Shown: piece by piece, positions 12,701 through 20,900 of the stretch
Position numbering within the stretch: the first letter of the stretch is position 1
Layout of the letters: each line of letters begins with the position of its first letter
IMG/VR virus record: IMGVR_UViG_3300033049_000013
Coordinates: 1 to 64,000 of that record
Source: a virus
Direction: 5' to 3' (one strand)
Length of the DNA stretch: 64,000 bases
The notes under the pieces: model-generated
What the model saw: only the letters and a program-made list of their open reading frames with translations
What the model was told of the DNA's origin: nothing
Databases searched by the model: none
Made by a program: the position numbers and the translations under genes

Positions 12701-15700
12701 ATGTCTAATGTATTGAAGGAGCTTACGAAAGCGTTTAAAGATGACCGTTGGGTTTCTACTCGTGAAGAACAAGGTATACGAGATTTATTAGGTATGGATG
12801 AAAAGACATTCAAGAGTCAATTTACTAAGATGTTTGGATTAAATCCGAAGAATCAAGAAATGTTTGGTGAGTTTAATTTTAGTAGACTATGGAGTGTACA
12901 TAAAGATTTTAAAGAAAATATGGGGATTGACGAAAATCCTGGTATTATCAATATGTATGATTCTGATGGTAAGCTATTAGAAGAAAACCATGATTACGAT
13001 TTTCCTGAATTCTTTGAAATTGATTTATCTAATATCAAGTCTTTAGTAGATAATCAATTAGTTACTGCCATTCAAAGCTTATATAACAAGCATGGTATGG
13101 AAGCCATTAAAAAGTACCCAGCATTGGGATTCTTTAAGATGAATGGTCAACCTATTTACTTTAACGAATTGACTAAAGATGAACGTAAGGAATTTGACTT
13201 GAATGAAGGCAAATATGTACAAGAAGCTATAGAGGCTAAGAATACATTAAGGAATGAGATTTTAACTTACGGAGATACACAGGATTCTGGTACGGCAACT
13301 GCAATTGTAGCAGGACAAATAAGCCGTATTTCTAGAAATACTATAAACTACGTCAAGGGTAAGTTATCTTTCCCTAGATTCATTACGCTTACTAATGATA
13401 TTATAGAAGAGGAAGAGAATTATAGAGGCTTTGTAGTAGAACAAACTGTTACTGAGAAGAATCTATTTATGCTTATTAACATTCCTGCGCTACCAATATT
13501 AAAGGATTCTGATGGTAAGGTAATACCAGCACCACCAGAACTTATAGCAGAAAGAGATAGAGGAGTTTACGTAAAAGTTAATCCTATATATACATCTCTT
13601 TATCCTTATTTACATTCAGCAACAGACTTCAAAGAGGTAATGTTGAAGAACGTATTAGATAAAGAAAAACAAGTAAAGAAGAAGTTTGCTAAACTAAGTG
13701 AAATCTTTGCAGGTTCAGCAGAACAAAAATACTTTTCTCAATTGCGAGAGACGATTCTTAATCAAAGATTTGATTACGAATTATACGAAGGTAAGTTCTC
13801 AGCGGTTTCGGCTGCTGAGGCTGCCATTGTACCTATTAAGGATAGAGTAGGTAAACTATTCTCTACTAGTACTGGTACTGCTATGGTTAATGTAATTAGT
13901 CAATTAGAATTCAACAAGCGATTAATAAGTAATGACTTTAGTGGATATAAATTCGGATTGGTTTTATTCGAAGCAGATATAGATAACATAACTAAAGGAA
14001 AACAAAGATTAATAATAATGCCTGATGAACTAAAAAGTCCTACGACTGCAGGGGAATCTGATATTGTTACAATTAAAGGACAAGAATACTTAGTACATAA
14101 TTTAGGTTTAAAAGACTTAGATTCAGTGTTGTTACATTTGCAATCTAAGGGTGAAGGAAGTAAACCTACGGAAATTTTTAACAATGTTATGGATATTAAC
14201 GCTATTAAAGATGGTGTATATGGAGACTTTATACCATTTGATGTTGTGAACGATGAAGTAGATGCTGCTAATTCTAAGGGTAAGAAAGTTGTATTAACTA
14301 TAGAACGTTATCAACATAGTAATTCTATACCTTTTAGTAAACGTCCGTACTATGGAATTCAGAATATTAATGTAGTGGATTTAGATGTCAATATTAGTAA
14401 GACACTAAATAAGTTAAAGAACGTTAATGTAAATATTGCTTCTTTAGAAAGCTTACAAGCAGACTTGGTTATTAATTTCAGTGATAATGAACTAAATCTA
14501 AATGTACCTGTAATAGATGTAAAGGAAGCTAACGAGGAGCAACTAGCTGCTGTTAAAGAGATTTTAACTACTAAAGGTGCATATAACTTAGGTATAGTGA
14601 ATGGTACTCAGGAAAATCTAAATGACTTCATTAAAGAAGCTATTAAGACAAAGAGTGTTAGTATTACTACTGATACTAATTTTCCTTATACTTCTTACTT
14701 AAGTAAACTATTAGGTAATGTAGGATATAAGTTTACTGCTAAAGAGATTCTTAAAGCAACTAAACTAGATATTCCATATACTGATTTATCAGTGGAAATT
14801 ATAGATTTTGTACAGAAGAATTACGAAGAAATAAGAAAAGAGATGCAACGATATAATCTTAAAATAAGAAAAGAACAACAACGAACTCAATTAACTTTTG
14901 ATTTTGGTAGACGTTCTGAGTACATACAGTTAGCATTTAATAATCCGATTCAACAAAACTTCTTTGATGGAAGTTATTTCTTGGAACGTGAAAATGCTGA
15001 TGGTACGAAAATATTTGGTCAATATAAAACCAAATCTCCAGGCGAGACTTCAATCGGTATGGTACAAAAGGGATTACGTACCGAGACTACTAGGAGTAAA
15101 TCTAGTATGAAAATGATTGAAAACTTAGCTGTTGCTCAAGGTATCATTGAGGGAATTGAAGGTACTATTGTATATATGGTAGATGATAATCCAAAATCTC
15201 CTACTAACGGTCAAAATGTATTTGCTAAGATTACTACTAATGAGTATACACCCAATAGAGAAGACTTTGTTAAGTTTGAAGGTTGGGCAGAAGAAGTTTG
15301 GGATTCAAGAGGTAGAGTATTAATTGATAGAGGTTACAAGTCTTTCCAATTTGAAACAATTAATGTTAATAAGAGTGAGATGCCTGTAGTTAATACCAAG
15401 ACATTCGCAATACAACCAACCTCATTAGATTTTACAATGAGTAATGTAGAGAATCATTCAGGTGGAGCATATGGTGCTGATACCTTATGGGATGCTATAG
15501 GTAGAAGACATGGTGTAGAATCACACTATCATTACAGAGATAAGGATAATGTGAAGCTATCTAAAACTTTAAAAGATGCTGGAGTGAAAGCTATGGTATT
15601 AACTGAAGATGAATTAGAACATGCTTACTTCCAAGTAGAGAAACTATTGGGATTAAAATTAACTAAGAGTATAGGTGGTAATTTAAAAGCTAGAAACTAC

Positions 15701-17779
15701 TATCAAGTTGTTAATAGTGACAGTGTACTAGCTATAGCTAACTTAGTGAATGCTAAGAATGTTATGGGAGGTACTAATGTTGCGGTACAATTAGGTATCA
15801 AACTAGGTAAACCTGTCTATGTATTTGATTTAGGTACTCGTAAATGGCATAGATGGAATGGTAATGAATTTGTAGTAACTGAAACTCCTACATTGACACA
15901 ATCATTTGCAGGAATTGGTACTAGAACTGTTCAACCATATAATATTAAGTCAGGAGACCAATGGATATTGAATCCTAAGTATACTGGAGATGAATTAGCT
16001 AATGTAGCTAAACAAGCAATCATAGATGTATATGAGAAAACAGCTAAAGCAACTGATAATGGTACTAAGATTAAAGAGTCAGGAGTGACTACACCTTTCC
16101 CTGGAGTAGAATACATAGCAGAGACTGGATTAACTGTTGAAAAAGCAAATCAATTTATTGATTTAATTGCTCCTCAGATAGAGAACCAAGCTTATGTAGA
16201 GAATGCTTCTCCAACTGCTAACTATATGTTTAGTTTTGGAGCTAGATGGGCAAGGAAAGTACCTGGCATTTGGGAGAAATCATTGCAAGGTGACAAAGTT
16301 AGGGCTGGAGATTTAAGCGAAAGACCTAATAGAATACAGATAAACCAAAAAGAGACTAGAGCATATAGTTACTTTAGTACAGACCAAAATAATAAAGCAT
16401 TACCTCCTATAAGTGATTTAGCTCCTATAATTAGTTATATAGAAGAGAACTTGAAAATCGACTTATCAGACTATGATGCGGCATTAGGTAACTTGTACTT
16501 CAATAATTCGTTTATACATCAACATAGAGATACTACGGAATCTAAATTTGCAGAAGGATATGAAGTAGTGGTTATTAATTTAGGAGCTGATGGTTCTCTA
16601 TATTATGACAATGATTTAAACTCTAGTTACAATAAGTATCAAACGGCTGGTGAATTACCTCTTGGTTTAGGTAGCATTTATTCATTTGGTGCTAAAGGTA
16701 AAAATAGATTCAAATTTCATCATAGAATTAAAGTAGGATTAGATTCTAAAAATCCTCTGAAACCAATTACTTTACCTAACGGTAAAAAGGTTAAGGATTA
16801 TAGAGCCACTATAACATTTAGACGTGTTAAAGATTTAGGACCTAATGACCCTAAATATCCTGCTAGAACTATTAAGCCTAAAGTAGAAAAACCTGTAGTA
16901 ACAGAACCAAACATCAAAGGAGAAGAGATTAGCTCATACTCTGATGGTCTAGGATTCGCTTTAACTAATCCAACATTTGTTAGTCCACGAGGAACTCTAT
17001 GGAGAAGAAACTGGACTGTAAAACAAACCAAGTGGAGAGACTACATGGCAAATGGTATTGAATTCGAAGGTACTCGATATAAAGATGTTGAGAATGCATA
17101 CCAACGAAATAAAGAACAATATGACTTTGGTGATGAGAAGTTTGAGTTAATGATGGAATTGATTCAAATCAAACTTAGGACTTATCCTAAATTGGTTGAT
17201 ATGATTGATGCTAAAGGTGGATTAGATTATATCTTTAATAGTACACATCAACCTACTAAAGGAAATAGTAACTGGGAAACTGGTGGAAACAATGATTTCA
17301 TTAAAGCGCTTGGTGAAGCTTATAGAGATGTATCTAAGAGTAGACTATTAAGTGAGACTAATAAAGATGACTACTTAGCATATGCTGAATCAGTACAGAA
17401 GTTTATAGAGAATCCGAAAGCGATTAGTACTTATACAGGTACTATAAATGAAAGTGACTTAGGAGTATCTGGACGTGTAGCAGACTTAGATTTTGAAGGT
17501 ACTGTTGCTAGTAGTGCAATTAAGCGTATTAGATCTCTTTATGCAGAAGCTGAGAGTGCTCCTAGAAAAACTATTATTATACCATATACTAATAAGCCTA
17601 CTTATTTGGGAGGCTTTTCACTTATTGATATGGCTAGTATGTTTGCTCAGGCAGGTTATCCGCCTAAGAATATTATGTTTAATAGTGGATTTGCAGCAAT
17701 TATTAAAAGTGCATCTAAATCTATTAACTTAATAACAACAGAAGATGACATAGTAAATAGAGGTGATAGTGGTTGTTAA
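3713..17779 (+). CDS. giant virion-packaged DNA-dependent RNA polymerase (crAss-like/phi14:2 gp66 type), polyvalent, 4688 aa
   Basis: RIPTQDKHS (about 10099-10125) and catalytic GEDFDID (10211-10231). Also DRVKR, ADAQ, SASK, RLQ and MTDNAK motifs; N-terminal zincin HEAFH; accessory C-terminal domains. Confidence 0.93.
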   Translation: MACRVERKANTGKIVNVLKPNGLVSEVYKKLNLKYKNAEVALRYYMLGFTEDYIDFNVSPNTPSNIKYLAKEIAEKSSLRGTDNALFINDAQLRDIGNQLGEIRMDLYVQDMLGNEYIEPQYRNKVANLLNPLLKEVESRPILQALLNSGKVNDVEAAIRLVGDQSDIFNKVLEIEQDVLEVLETPSILSKYTEITQDRVSSEVTLDSILGSITSSIFNPNGIHAALTTGYVANEYEPSFEKLERFIDKLPSNSITTILPKFVTEALNNKTEGINTDEYARSRQLGFDSDMALTTALGASPIKTIESPRSSLVEIENVKKRLKLLFGNNVQVSTALEQTLDNIGQEGLPGGFFLDNVIYLHDADVAGHEAFHKVFHTLLTDKQATVLLNEAKKNLNYSKKQLNNKIADLILQVPAYSELSRERLENLVYEEYMADEYQEFFTNNKTPENWLMSLFNLIKNVFSSVWGNRTQLEALFHKINNRGFAFTKPKSNKYAMELPVFKLLTIGKSKDASNRTIDIVASESDSNALIYEMAGRLYEIINTTKPEGSVLQIAEDETITLTPSDALRNPEEAVYNIMRARSYEYSEENNIDLLEQLEDEEEKLDKLVGQLETKEQMYSPKFSSQSNISNGVLVWEEVQKLFQIFGTDYLTEKNEVAAENKMTAESLEMQNKSAYEYDPLELRDKDLRTFMGFILYEKTDELTGNKIKVAIDSSRVYSNLLVAMSSKELHETPFNTTQQPFLTTLAYYAKDNDETRAFYNKLMEISGGKSDHNLVNLVRKSLDNMRISFTQLLQDPNTGNFQLVSAANIDDVVAQLDTWDKNWNDSGLSDNYNSKARRKENTKALNTLYELLDPTKNGVKTIMSLDNPMILDSTTGDYVLDTNTKDNVIDKFINGFTANNGREIKSLFKLTGIDLSRGFIRYSILREYDLIATSNITEYTQLQDIISNKDYQGYKELAESEIEHLTRNDIREMVRILGKNYKSDEVEEYVKETTGVTDLRNIHIDTSEVIDPESDKIIFAGGMVGRLKDLAKGNVYFDETLIPTSFQDSTGNQRFNFVKKSFLLLTTLRLQNKNYRKQLQEKYPHLKNNILFNTDFFSEDATDKIFGKDFIAKLIGDVRQRNMGTATTMDGKQDEQAGTNRSTTESGEGVTPKTVDYGTFMILNLAMFAKRKTVRVANSEGQSGFTTLQISDFFTGPNEIKRTDIAVPLPVGRNNLETGKTMSYTTLDGDFSRAAIDTVYQLFENELDLVKEGEQEIKDGLLAYENFYRRRPDAEQLAKNRIELIELKRQVRLSQLEGNALERALLKINELENQFSEEPTSTLYEGFHVRTDSDGNIKKVIDDSGNVTDYQFGRATELWNFKKLVDPNSTSYTPALVKYMTSRKRLLTLDTKMLLGDSLTPQESADYNALKAATPSALPVELRAKIKEGLRKYLDEQSKDYISKLDKYDVIDLLPNGDVVNNKIPALPYYYPSGSNTPFRYYQDSKNNKDNYKWFIKDYFVNHYINASSYNEIMDKDARIAKDPVDRVKRNGGKVGNGDGAGSGKSKFGVVKEAFLINKLGVESERADAQSQLSLEGYEFLLRRWGRFPDVIKPIFNKIKFGLEEVTFTEVEKLTDLNVILNSKKTMLYDGEFYHKLSYSILSRQYTSVLPKKNRKAALELKEEIELAEKNGDDTTQLWHEYESLWRAHPGHSVLHNLRRNMLFNDIYGVIPQSASKLKTPVAATNVNGHFDFGYNMHELDNEFWRLQMETPSGKSKITYFSQVLNLIDNEIDKARSYKIRGIEYKMSDIIQDYHKMLARRVENSMQSAMAELGKLDDDGYLNKLDIEKFQAKLYETLQSSGADDSLLSFFRESIKGGTEMKYDANLPAISAKFQQLFLAHFSKGVMQATTVGRKVSLIADWGNEVIVGIDDNIIKRTEIEKNYDTYVNEDGSLKDGYTKRRLKWSTGYATDTDITVKGKTFTNVITREKLIEGFLDDGKVIDLVAKTGINTLEKIESLSDDILVKIWGELEDYKSMSLFGKYIDFNKVGDITDENYEIYDMSLRARLQDNYDDIVELVLGKDNYIDNAAKYREVFGAIEGRLIGTPVDQSVSEVLMPAWDAFTHGVSVGDTVDINHPAWESIMTQFGTRIPTQDKHSMIVFKVVDFLPSYMGDVAVLPMETILLSGEDFDIDAKYIQRKSYYLTKEGTVDKINIHGEIHDAKSEEAKYKEVLGEDKADKFNEIDAIKHRHWRDFLVYVKKNNRAVKYDFKKLQKAELATEEYQTLLQEIEMASNLGDKLLYAELSDKKKDRSNQLLLQAMTENNLPSSFEEFDVDALLNNDVVNNIILDYNMALYLNAGTVAISYTPASMTKIQGNRDTGVRGIAELVNYITGDDLSSYEYNTANGQMTAKVSNKTGDDLIGPAAVANIVKAALAKSGVNLRIKPGSIKASIGFDSTYDFNTFANYHSNDVELAYSISNGNIRNVSLRPNSDGEYTTKQYRIMDELSTVLSAMTDNAKHNDAAKLNFTLDTLGAYLYMVSLGMGLNRAVLVSKSPVMVHYNKIKAASDTALVTEQDKDRNSKNSEKLIEEAYETASKLILERIEQLEKKDTKKQLNSVNYRNNENFKHKDLVDITPQDSGNLNLDSGYIVEDMQLARYLRDTYGMDYTDSNFDKSVIDTMTYDELIRTSLALTNQLDVLTAFTRLAQQGSYLTSLSRILRLHQGLKPSFHELQGIYDSLDDFGIDLRKVVSNVADYNTANYNELQMPFSINKVLDKNIDLKVLLKSFDKVMKASKHLFISQSNTFENVFNTIKQSLRRGLQGRDRVLKNIKGQMMGFTIINSMREKYKREGRTFPFDSAILYSHSGDTIYNRLQNIIKIAKKNNNNELGNNLFIKALRRTPNKASTIDMSNYLPDEIEFAEEEFLDNVLMELDELTVNTRTKNTPEFNNRVISAYRELMTTYIFDENGKPLVNDAGKSVVTEFAEDLFNYLIIRDGLQFKHGSYLKYIAPEMYLEMSNVLKELTKAFKDDRWVSTREEQGIRDLLGMDEKTFKSQFTKMFGLNPKNQEMFGEFNFSRLWSVHKDFKENMGIDENPGIINMYDSDGKLLEENHDYDFPEFFEIDLSNIKSLVDNQLVTAIQSLYNKHGMEAIKKYPALGFFKMNGQPIYFNELTKDERKEFDLNEGKYVQEAIEAKNTLRNEILTYGDTQDSGTATAIVAGQISRISRNTINYVKGKLSFPRFITLTNDIIEEEENYRGFVVEQTVTEKNLFMLINIPALPILKDSDGKVIPAPPELIAERDRGVYVKVNPIYTSLYPYLHSATDFKEVMLKNVLDKEKQVKKKFAKLSEIFAGSAEQKYFSQLRETILNQRFDYELYEGKFSAVSAAEAAIVPIKDRVGKLFSTSTGTAMVNVISQLEFNKRLISNDFSGYKFGLVLFEADIDNITKGKQRLIIMPDELKSPTTAGESDIVTIKGQEYLVHNLGLKDLDSVLLHLQSKGEGSKPTEIFNNVMDINAIKDGVYGDFIPFDVVNDEVDAANSKGKKVVLTIERYQHSNSIPFSKRPYYGIQNINVVDLDVNISKTLNKLKNVNVNIASLESLQADLVINFSDNELNLNVPVIDVKEANEEQLAAVKEILTTKGAYNLGIVNGTQENLNDFIKEAIKTKSVSITTDTNFPYTSYLSKLLGNVGYKFTAKEILKATKLDIPYTDLSVEIIDFVQKNYEEIRKEMQRYNLKIRKEQQRTQLTFDFGRRSEYIQLAFNNPIQQNFFDGSYFLERENADGTKIFGQYKTKSPGETSIGMVQKGLRTETTRSKSSMKMIENLAVAQGIIEGIEGTIVYMVDDNPKSPTNGQNVFAKITTNEYTPNREDFVKFEGWAEEVWDSRGRVLIDRGYKSFQFETINVNKSEMPVVNTKTFAIQPTSLDFTMSNVENHSGGAYGADTLWDAIGRRHGVESHYHYRDKDNVKLSKTLKDAGVKAMVLTEDELEHAYFQVEKLLGLKLTKSIGGNLKARNYYQVVNSDSVLAIANLVNAKNVMGGTNVAVQLGIKLGKPVYVFDLGTRKWHRWNGNEFVVTETPTLTQSFAGIGTRTVQPYNIKSGDQWILNPKYTGDELANVAKQAIIDVYEKTAKATDNGTKIKESGVTTPFPGVEYIAETGLTVEKANQFIDLIAPQIENQAYVENASPTANYMFSFGARWARKVPGIWEKSLQGDKVRAGDLSERPNRIQINQKETRAYSYFSTDQNNKALPPISDLAPIISYIEENLKIDLSDYDAALGNLYFNNSFIHQHRDTTESKFAEGYEVVVINLGADGSLYYDNDLNSSYNKYQTAGELPLGLGSIYSFGAKGKNRFKFHHRIKVGLDSKNPLKPITLPNGKKVKDYRATITFRRVKDLGPNDPKYPARTIKPKVEKPVVTEPNIKGEEISSYSDGLGFALTNPTFVSPRGTLWRRNWTVKQTKWRDYMANGIEFEGTRYKDVENAYQRNKEQYDFGDEKFELMMELIQIKLRTYPKLVDMIDAKGGLDYIFNSTHQPTKGNSNWETGGNNDFIKALGEAYRDVSKSRLLSETNKDDYLAYAESVQKFIENPKAISTYTGTINESDLGVSGRVADLDFEGTVASSAIKRIRSLYAEAESAPRKTIIIPYTNKPTYLGGFSLIDMASMFAQAGYPPKNIMFNSGFAAIIKSASKSINLITTEDDIVNRGDSGC
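4750..5160 (+). other. zincin-like metallopeptidase (MPTase) domain within the RNAP
   Basis: GHEAFHKVF (HExxH at 4814-4828) with downstream EEYMAD as third-ligand motif. Boundaries approximate. Confidence 0.8.
14990..15365 (+). other. ASCH/PUA-like domain within the RNAP
   Basis: SIGMVQKGLRTETTRS matches the ASCH G-x-[KR]-T-x-T-x-R motif; later G-TIV, FVKFEGW and FQFE. Boundaries approximate. Confidence 0.55.
15430..16050 (+). other. SLOG-superfamily (YspA/DprA-like) domain within the RNAP
   Basis: HSGGAYGADTLW...ARNYYQVVNSDSVLAI...GGTNVAVQLGIKLGKPVYVFD...FAGIGTR. Boundaries approximate. Confidence 0.8.
16090..16835 (+). other. AlkB-like 2OG-Fe(II) dioxygenase domain within the RNAP
   Basis: GNLY (N-x-Y), HRD (HxD), VVINLGA, distal His in KFHHRI, and terminal RATITFR. 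Boundaries approximate. Confidence 0.85.
16915..17335 (+). other. NADAR (YbiA-like) domain within the RNAP
   Basis: ALTNP...IEFEGTRYKDVENAYQ..K...LMMELIQIKLRTYPKL...W..GGNN...AL. Boundaries approximate. Confidence 0.7.
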
Positions 17780-17789
17780 ATCATATTGC

Positions 17790-17860
17790 CCCTACCTACG
17801 AAAAAATTTTAGTTAGATTAGTGTAATAAAGAGCCGTAGAGTAACAAAACCCTACCTACG
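17790..17860 (+). repeat. 11-bp direct repeat CCCTACCTACG (17790-17800 and 17850-17860)
   Basis: Exact copies 60 bp apart in an AT-rich intergenic region. Confidence 0.85.
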
Positions 17861-17871
17861 GTTCTTTTTTT
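17828..17871 (+). terminator. terminator-like hairpin between RNAP and the 2541-aa gene
   Basis: AAAGAGCCGTAG-(16 nt)-CTACGGTTCTTT running into a 7-T tract. Confidence 0.65.
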
Positions 17872-17908
17872 ATAGTTAACGGAAATATCACTAATAAAAA
17901 ATAAAAAA

Positions 17909-20900
17909 ATGACTTGTAAATTTGCACCCAATGGTGAAAAAAGTAAAGTATACAATGAAATTATAAAGAACTTCAATGGTAAATTAGCTAATGAAGTTTT
18001 TGTAACTACACATACTCCTAAATTTAGACAATGGTTTAGAGATTGGAGACAGATGGCAGATGGATTGGTAATGCAAGATAGTAATAGTTACAAAAGTATC
18101 TTTACTAGAGTTCAAAATAGAATGGATTTAATTACTAATCCAATTACTAATGAGCCTATTGTATTTTATACTAAAGGAGAAGTAGTACCATTACTTGATG
18201 TAGAGATTGATGCACCACTTCAACGACTATTAGATATACTACCTGCTGAATATACTAGTACAGATTCTAGTATAGAAGATAATTATGAAGTAGATAGAGC
18301 TTTTGTAGTAACTGACAAATATGAAATTGGTTCTACTCCTATATTTATAAGAAATAATAACATAGTATTAGGTAACAAGACAGACTTACTTAGATACAAT
18401 AATAGTATAATTAAAGATAAAGAAACTGGTACTTACTTTCTGTATGATACTGGTGATGCTGTATATGCTCAGGATGGTAGTGAAATAGATTTCAATCAAA
18501 CTACAATTAAGGATACCTATGGATTACAGATAGCTAAAAGTGTTAGTAATCAATTAGATAAAGTAAGTATCTCAGCCGACGATATTGAGAATACTTATAT
18601 CTTCGAAGAAGGTTACTTAGCTACTAATTATGCTAATATACAATTAGAGCATACTGTATTTGAAACACTAGCTCCTAGTATAGTAGAAACTATATTTATA
18701 GAGAGTCCATTGAAGTTTGAGAATCTGTATAATGATTTAGTAGAATCAATTGATACCCATGATAGTATAGTAGAAGAGATAAACCAATTATATCCTAATA
18801 AGACACTTAATGACAAGAGGAAAGACATATTAACTAACTCACTAATCTCGTTATTTAAGAACCCAATAAATAATACTGTTACTACGTACAGAATGAACAA
18901 CTTGTATAGAGACTTTACAGGTGAACTTAATCAAGTATTAAGTGGTTTTGATGTTAATGTAACAGAGCAATCTAGTTTTGCTGACTTACTAGCTGATATA
19001 GAAAGTACACCACTAAATACTAATACTACAGAACTAGGTTCTATTGTAGATAATATGATTAACTATGAAGAAGCATTAGGTGCCCCAGTAGTTAGAGACC
19101 CTATGGATCAAGCAGTAGAAGAATTTAGAAATCTTGTAGTATTCGATGATAGCATTATATTAGATGAAGATGGTAATCCAGTAACAAGTCCACATACAGG
19201 TATACCTGAAATTAAGCATGATTATTATGATGCTATTACAGCAGAACATATACTATATTCTGTTAGTGATTTGAAGAAAGAGTTTGATATACTTAAGTTT
19301 GATAAAGTAAGACTGTTTTGGGATAAGATGCAAATAGGTAAGTATGGAGGTTCTCCGACTGCTAAACGAGATGTAGATTACATTTTTAATGTTACGGACG
19401 AAGATGGTAAATTTAATGTTAAGGAAACTCAAGATAAGCGCTTGGCATTCATTAAAGCTGTATTAGCTGGTGATGTTAATAAGTATGCCGAGAGGTATCC
19501 GTTTAGTGGTGAATTGGAGAAGTTGAAAGTTAAGTATCCTATGAGGACAGAGACTATAGGAGATCCTGAGAATGACCAAGGTTATTACGAGGATGCCTCA
19601 GAAGAGGCTTATGTGAATAGATTGAAGTCAATATTCAAAGATACTATTTCAATACCTTGGCATGAGTTTATGTGGGATTTAAGGGACTGGCAAACAAGAA
19701 CTTTTGTAGGTACTAAGTTTCATAGAATGGCAGAAGCTATACTACGTGAGGAACAAGATAGAACCGACGAGTTTAGAGATAAAGATATTGCTATCTTAAA
19801 AGCACTGGATAATATTCCTAATAAAATTAAAGCTTTAAATAAACGTATATTTAAGATAGAAAAAGAGTATCGTGGTGTTATTACTCCAACTGAACGCAGT
19901 ATGTCAGTAGGAGATAAAATAGATGCACTTAGAGTACAATTTGATAAGGTTAAAGCGTATGAAGCTGAGAATAGTAAAGATACTACTACTAATAATGATG
20001 AATCTGGAAGGTTTCAAAAAGGTTATCATTCATATGAAGCAACCTTAGATAATATCGCATCACAATTCTATGGACTAGATAATCAACTACAACTGTATAA
20101 AGATTTAAAAGACCTTAAAGCACACATTAAAAGTAATGGTGGTACTATTAAAGTAGAAGTAAACTTAACTACAGACAAAGTAATAAACCATGAAGGTGAT
20201 AATATTCGTATTGCAGGTCAAGCAGATGTTCTAGTAATATACGAAAACAAAGAGTCTGTAAATCCTGATTTCAGAGGTAAGTTTGAGATTTATGATTTCA
20301 AAACAACTAAGTGGGAAATGGCTGATTCTCCTCTATTGTATTCTAAGTCTACACATGAAGGACATGATACAATAAAAGGTATGTCACCTCAAAAACAAAT
20401 GGGTCATGCTTATCAACAGTTAACCTATGCACGTGCAGTAGAAGTAGAATTAGGATTTGAATTCAAAGATGCTTATATTGTTCCAGTGTATATACCTTAT
20501 GTAAATGCTCGTACATTTAAGATGGTTGGTACTAAGTCTAAACCATTTGGTATTCCCTTTACAGAGCATGGTAAGCTTGAAGGTGATAGTGACTTGGTAG
20601 TGAACATTAGAAGCTTTAAAGGTGCTACAGTAATGGAGCATGGTGTTAAGGTAAGATACCTATCATTTAATGAGTTACAAGAATTAACTAAGCGTAGAAT
20701 ACCTTCAGGTACTACATACGATGGTAAAGAGGCTAAAGCTAATCAAAGTACAGCAGAGACTAAGTTGGAAGAACGTACTAGTAGGAGAAAGAAATCACAA
20801 GTTGATGAACTAATTAGTGACATTGAGAAGTATATACAACGTAGAATTGACGCTATTAAAGTAACCGATAGTAAAGAAAGTAGATCAAAATTAAAAGGAC

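Noticed and set aside
3713-17779. Intein or intron in the RNAP explaining its size
   Set aside because: No internal Cys, no recognisable HN splice-junction or LAGLIDADG motifs, and the ORF is uninterrupted; extra length is explained by insertions and accessory domains.
19700-20500. Cas4/CRISPR system
   Set aside because: The nuclease lacks the Cas4 Fe-S cysteines, and no repeat-spacer array or other cas genes were seen.
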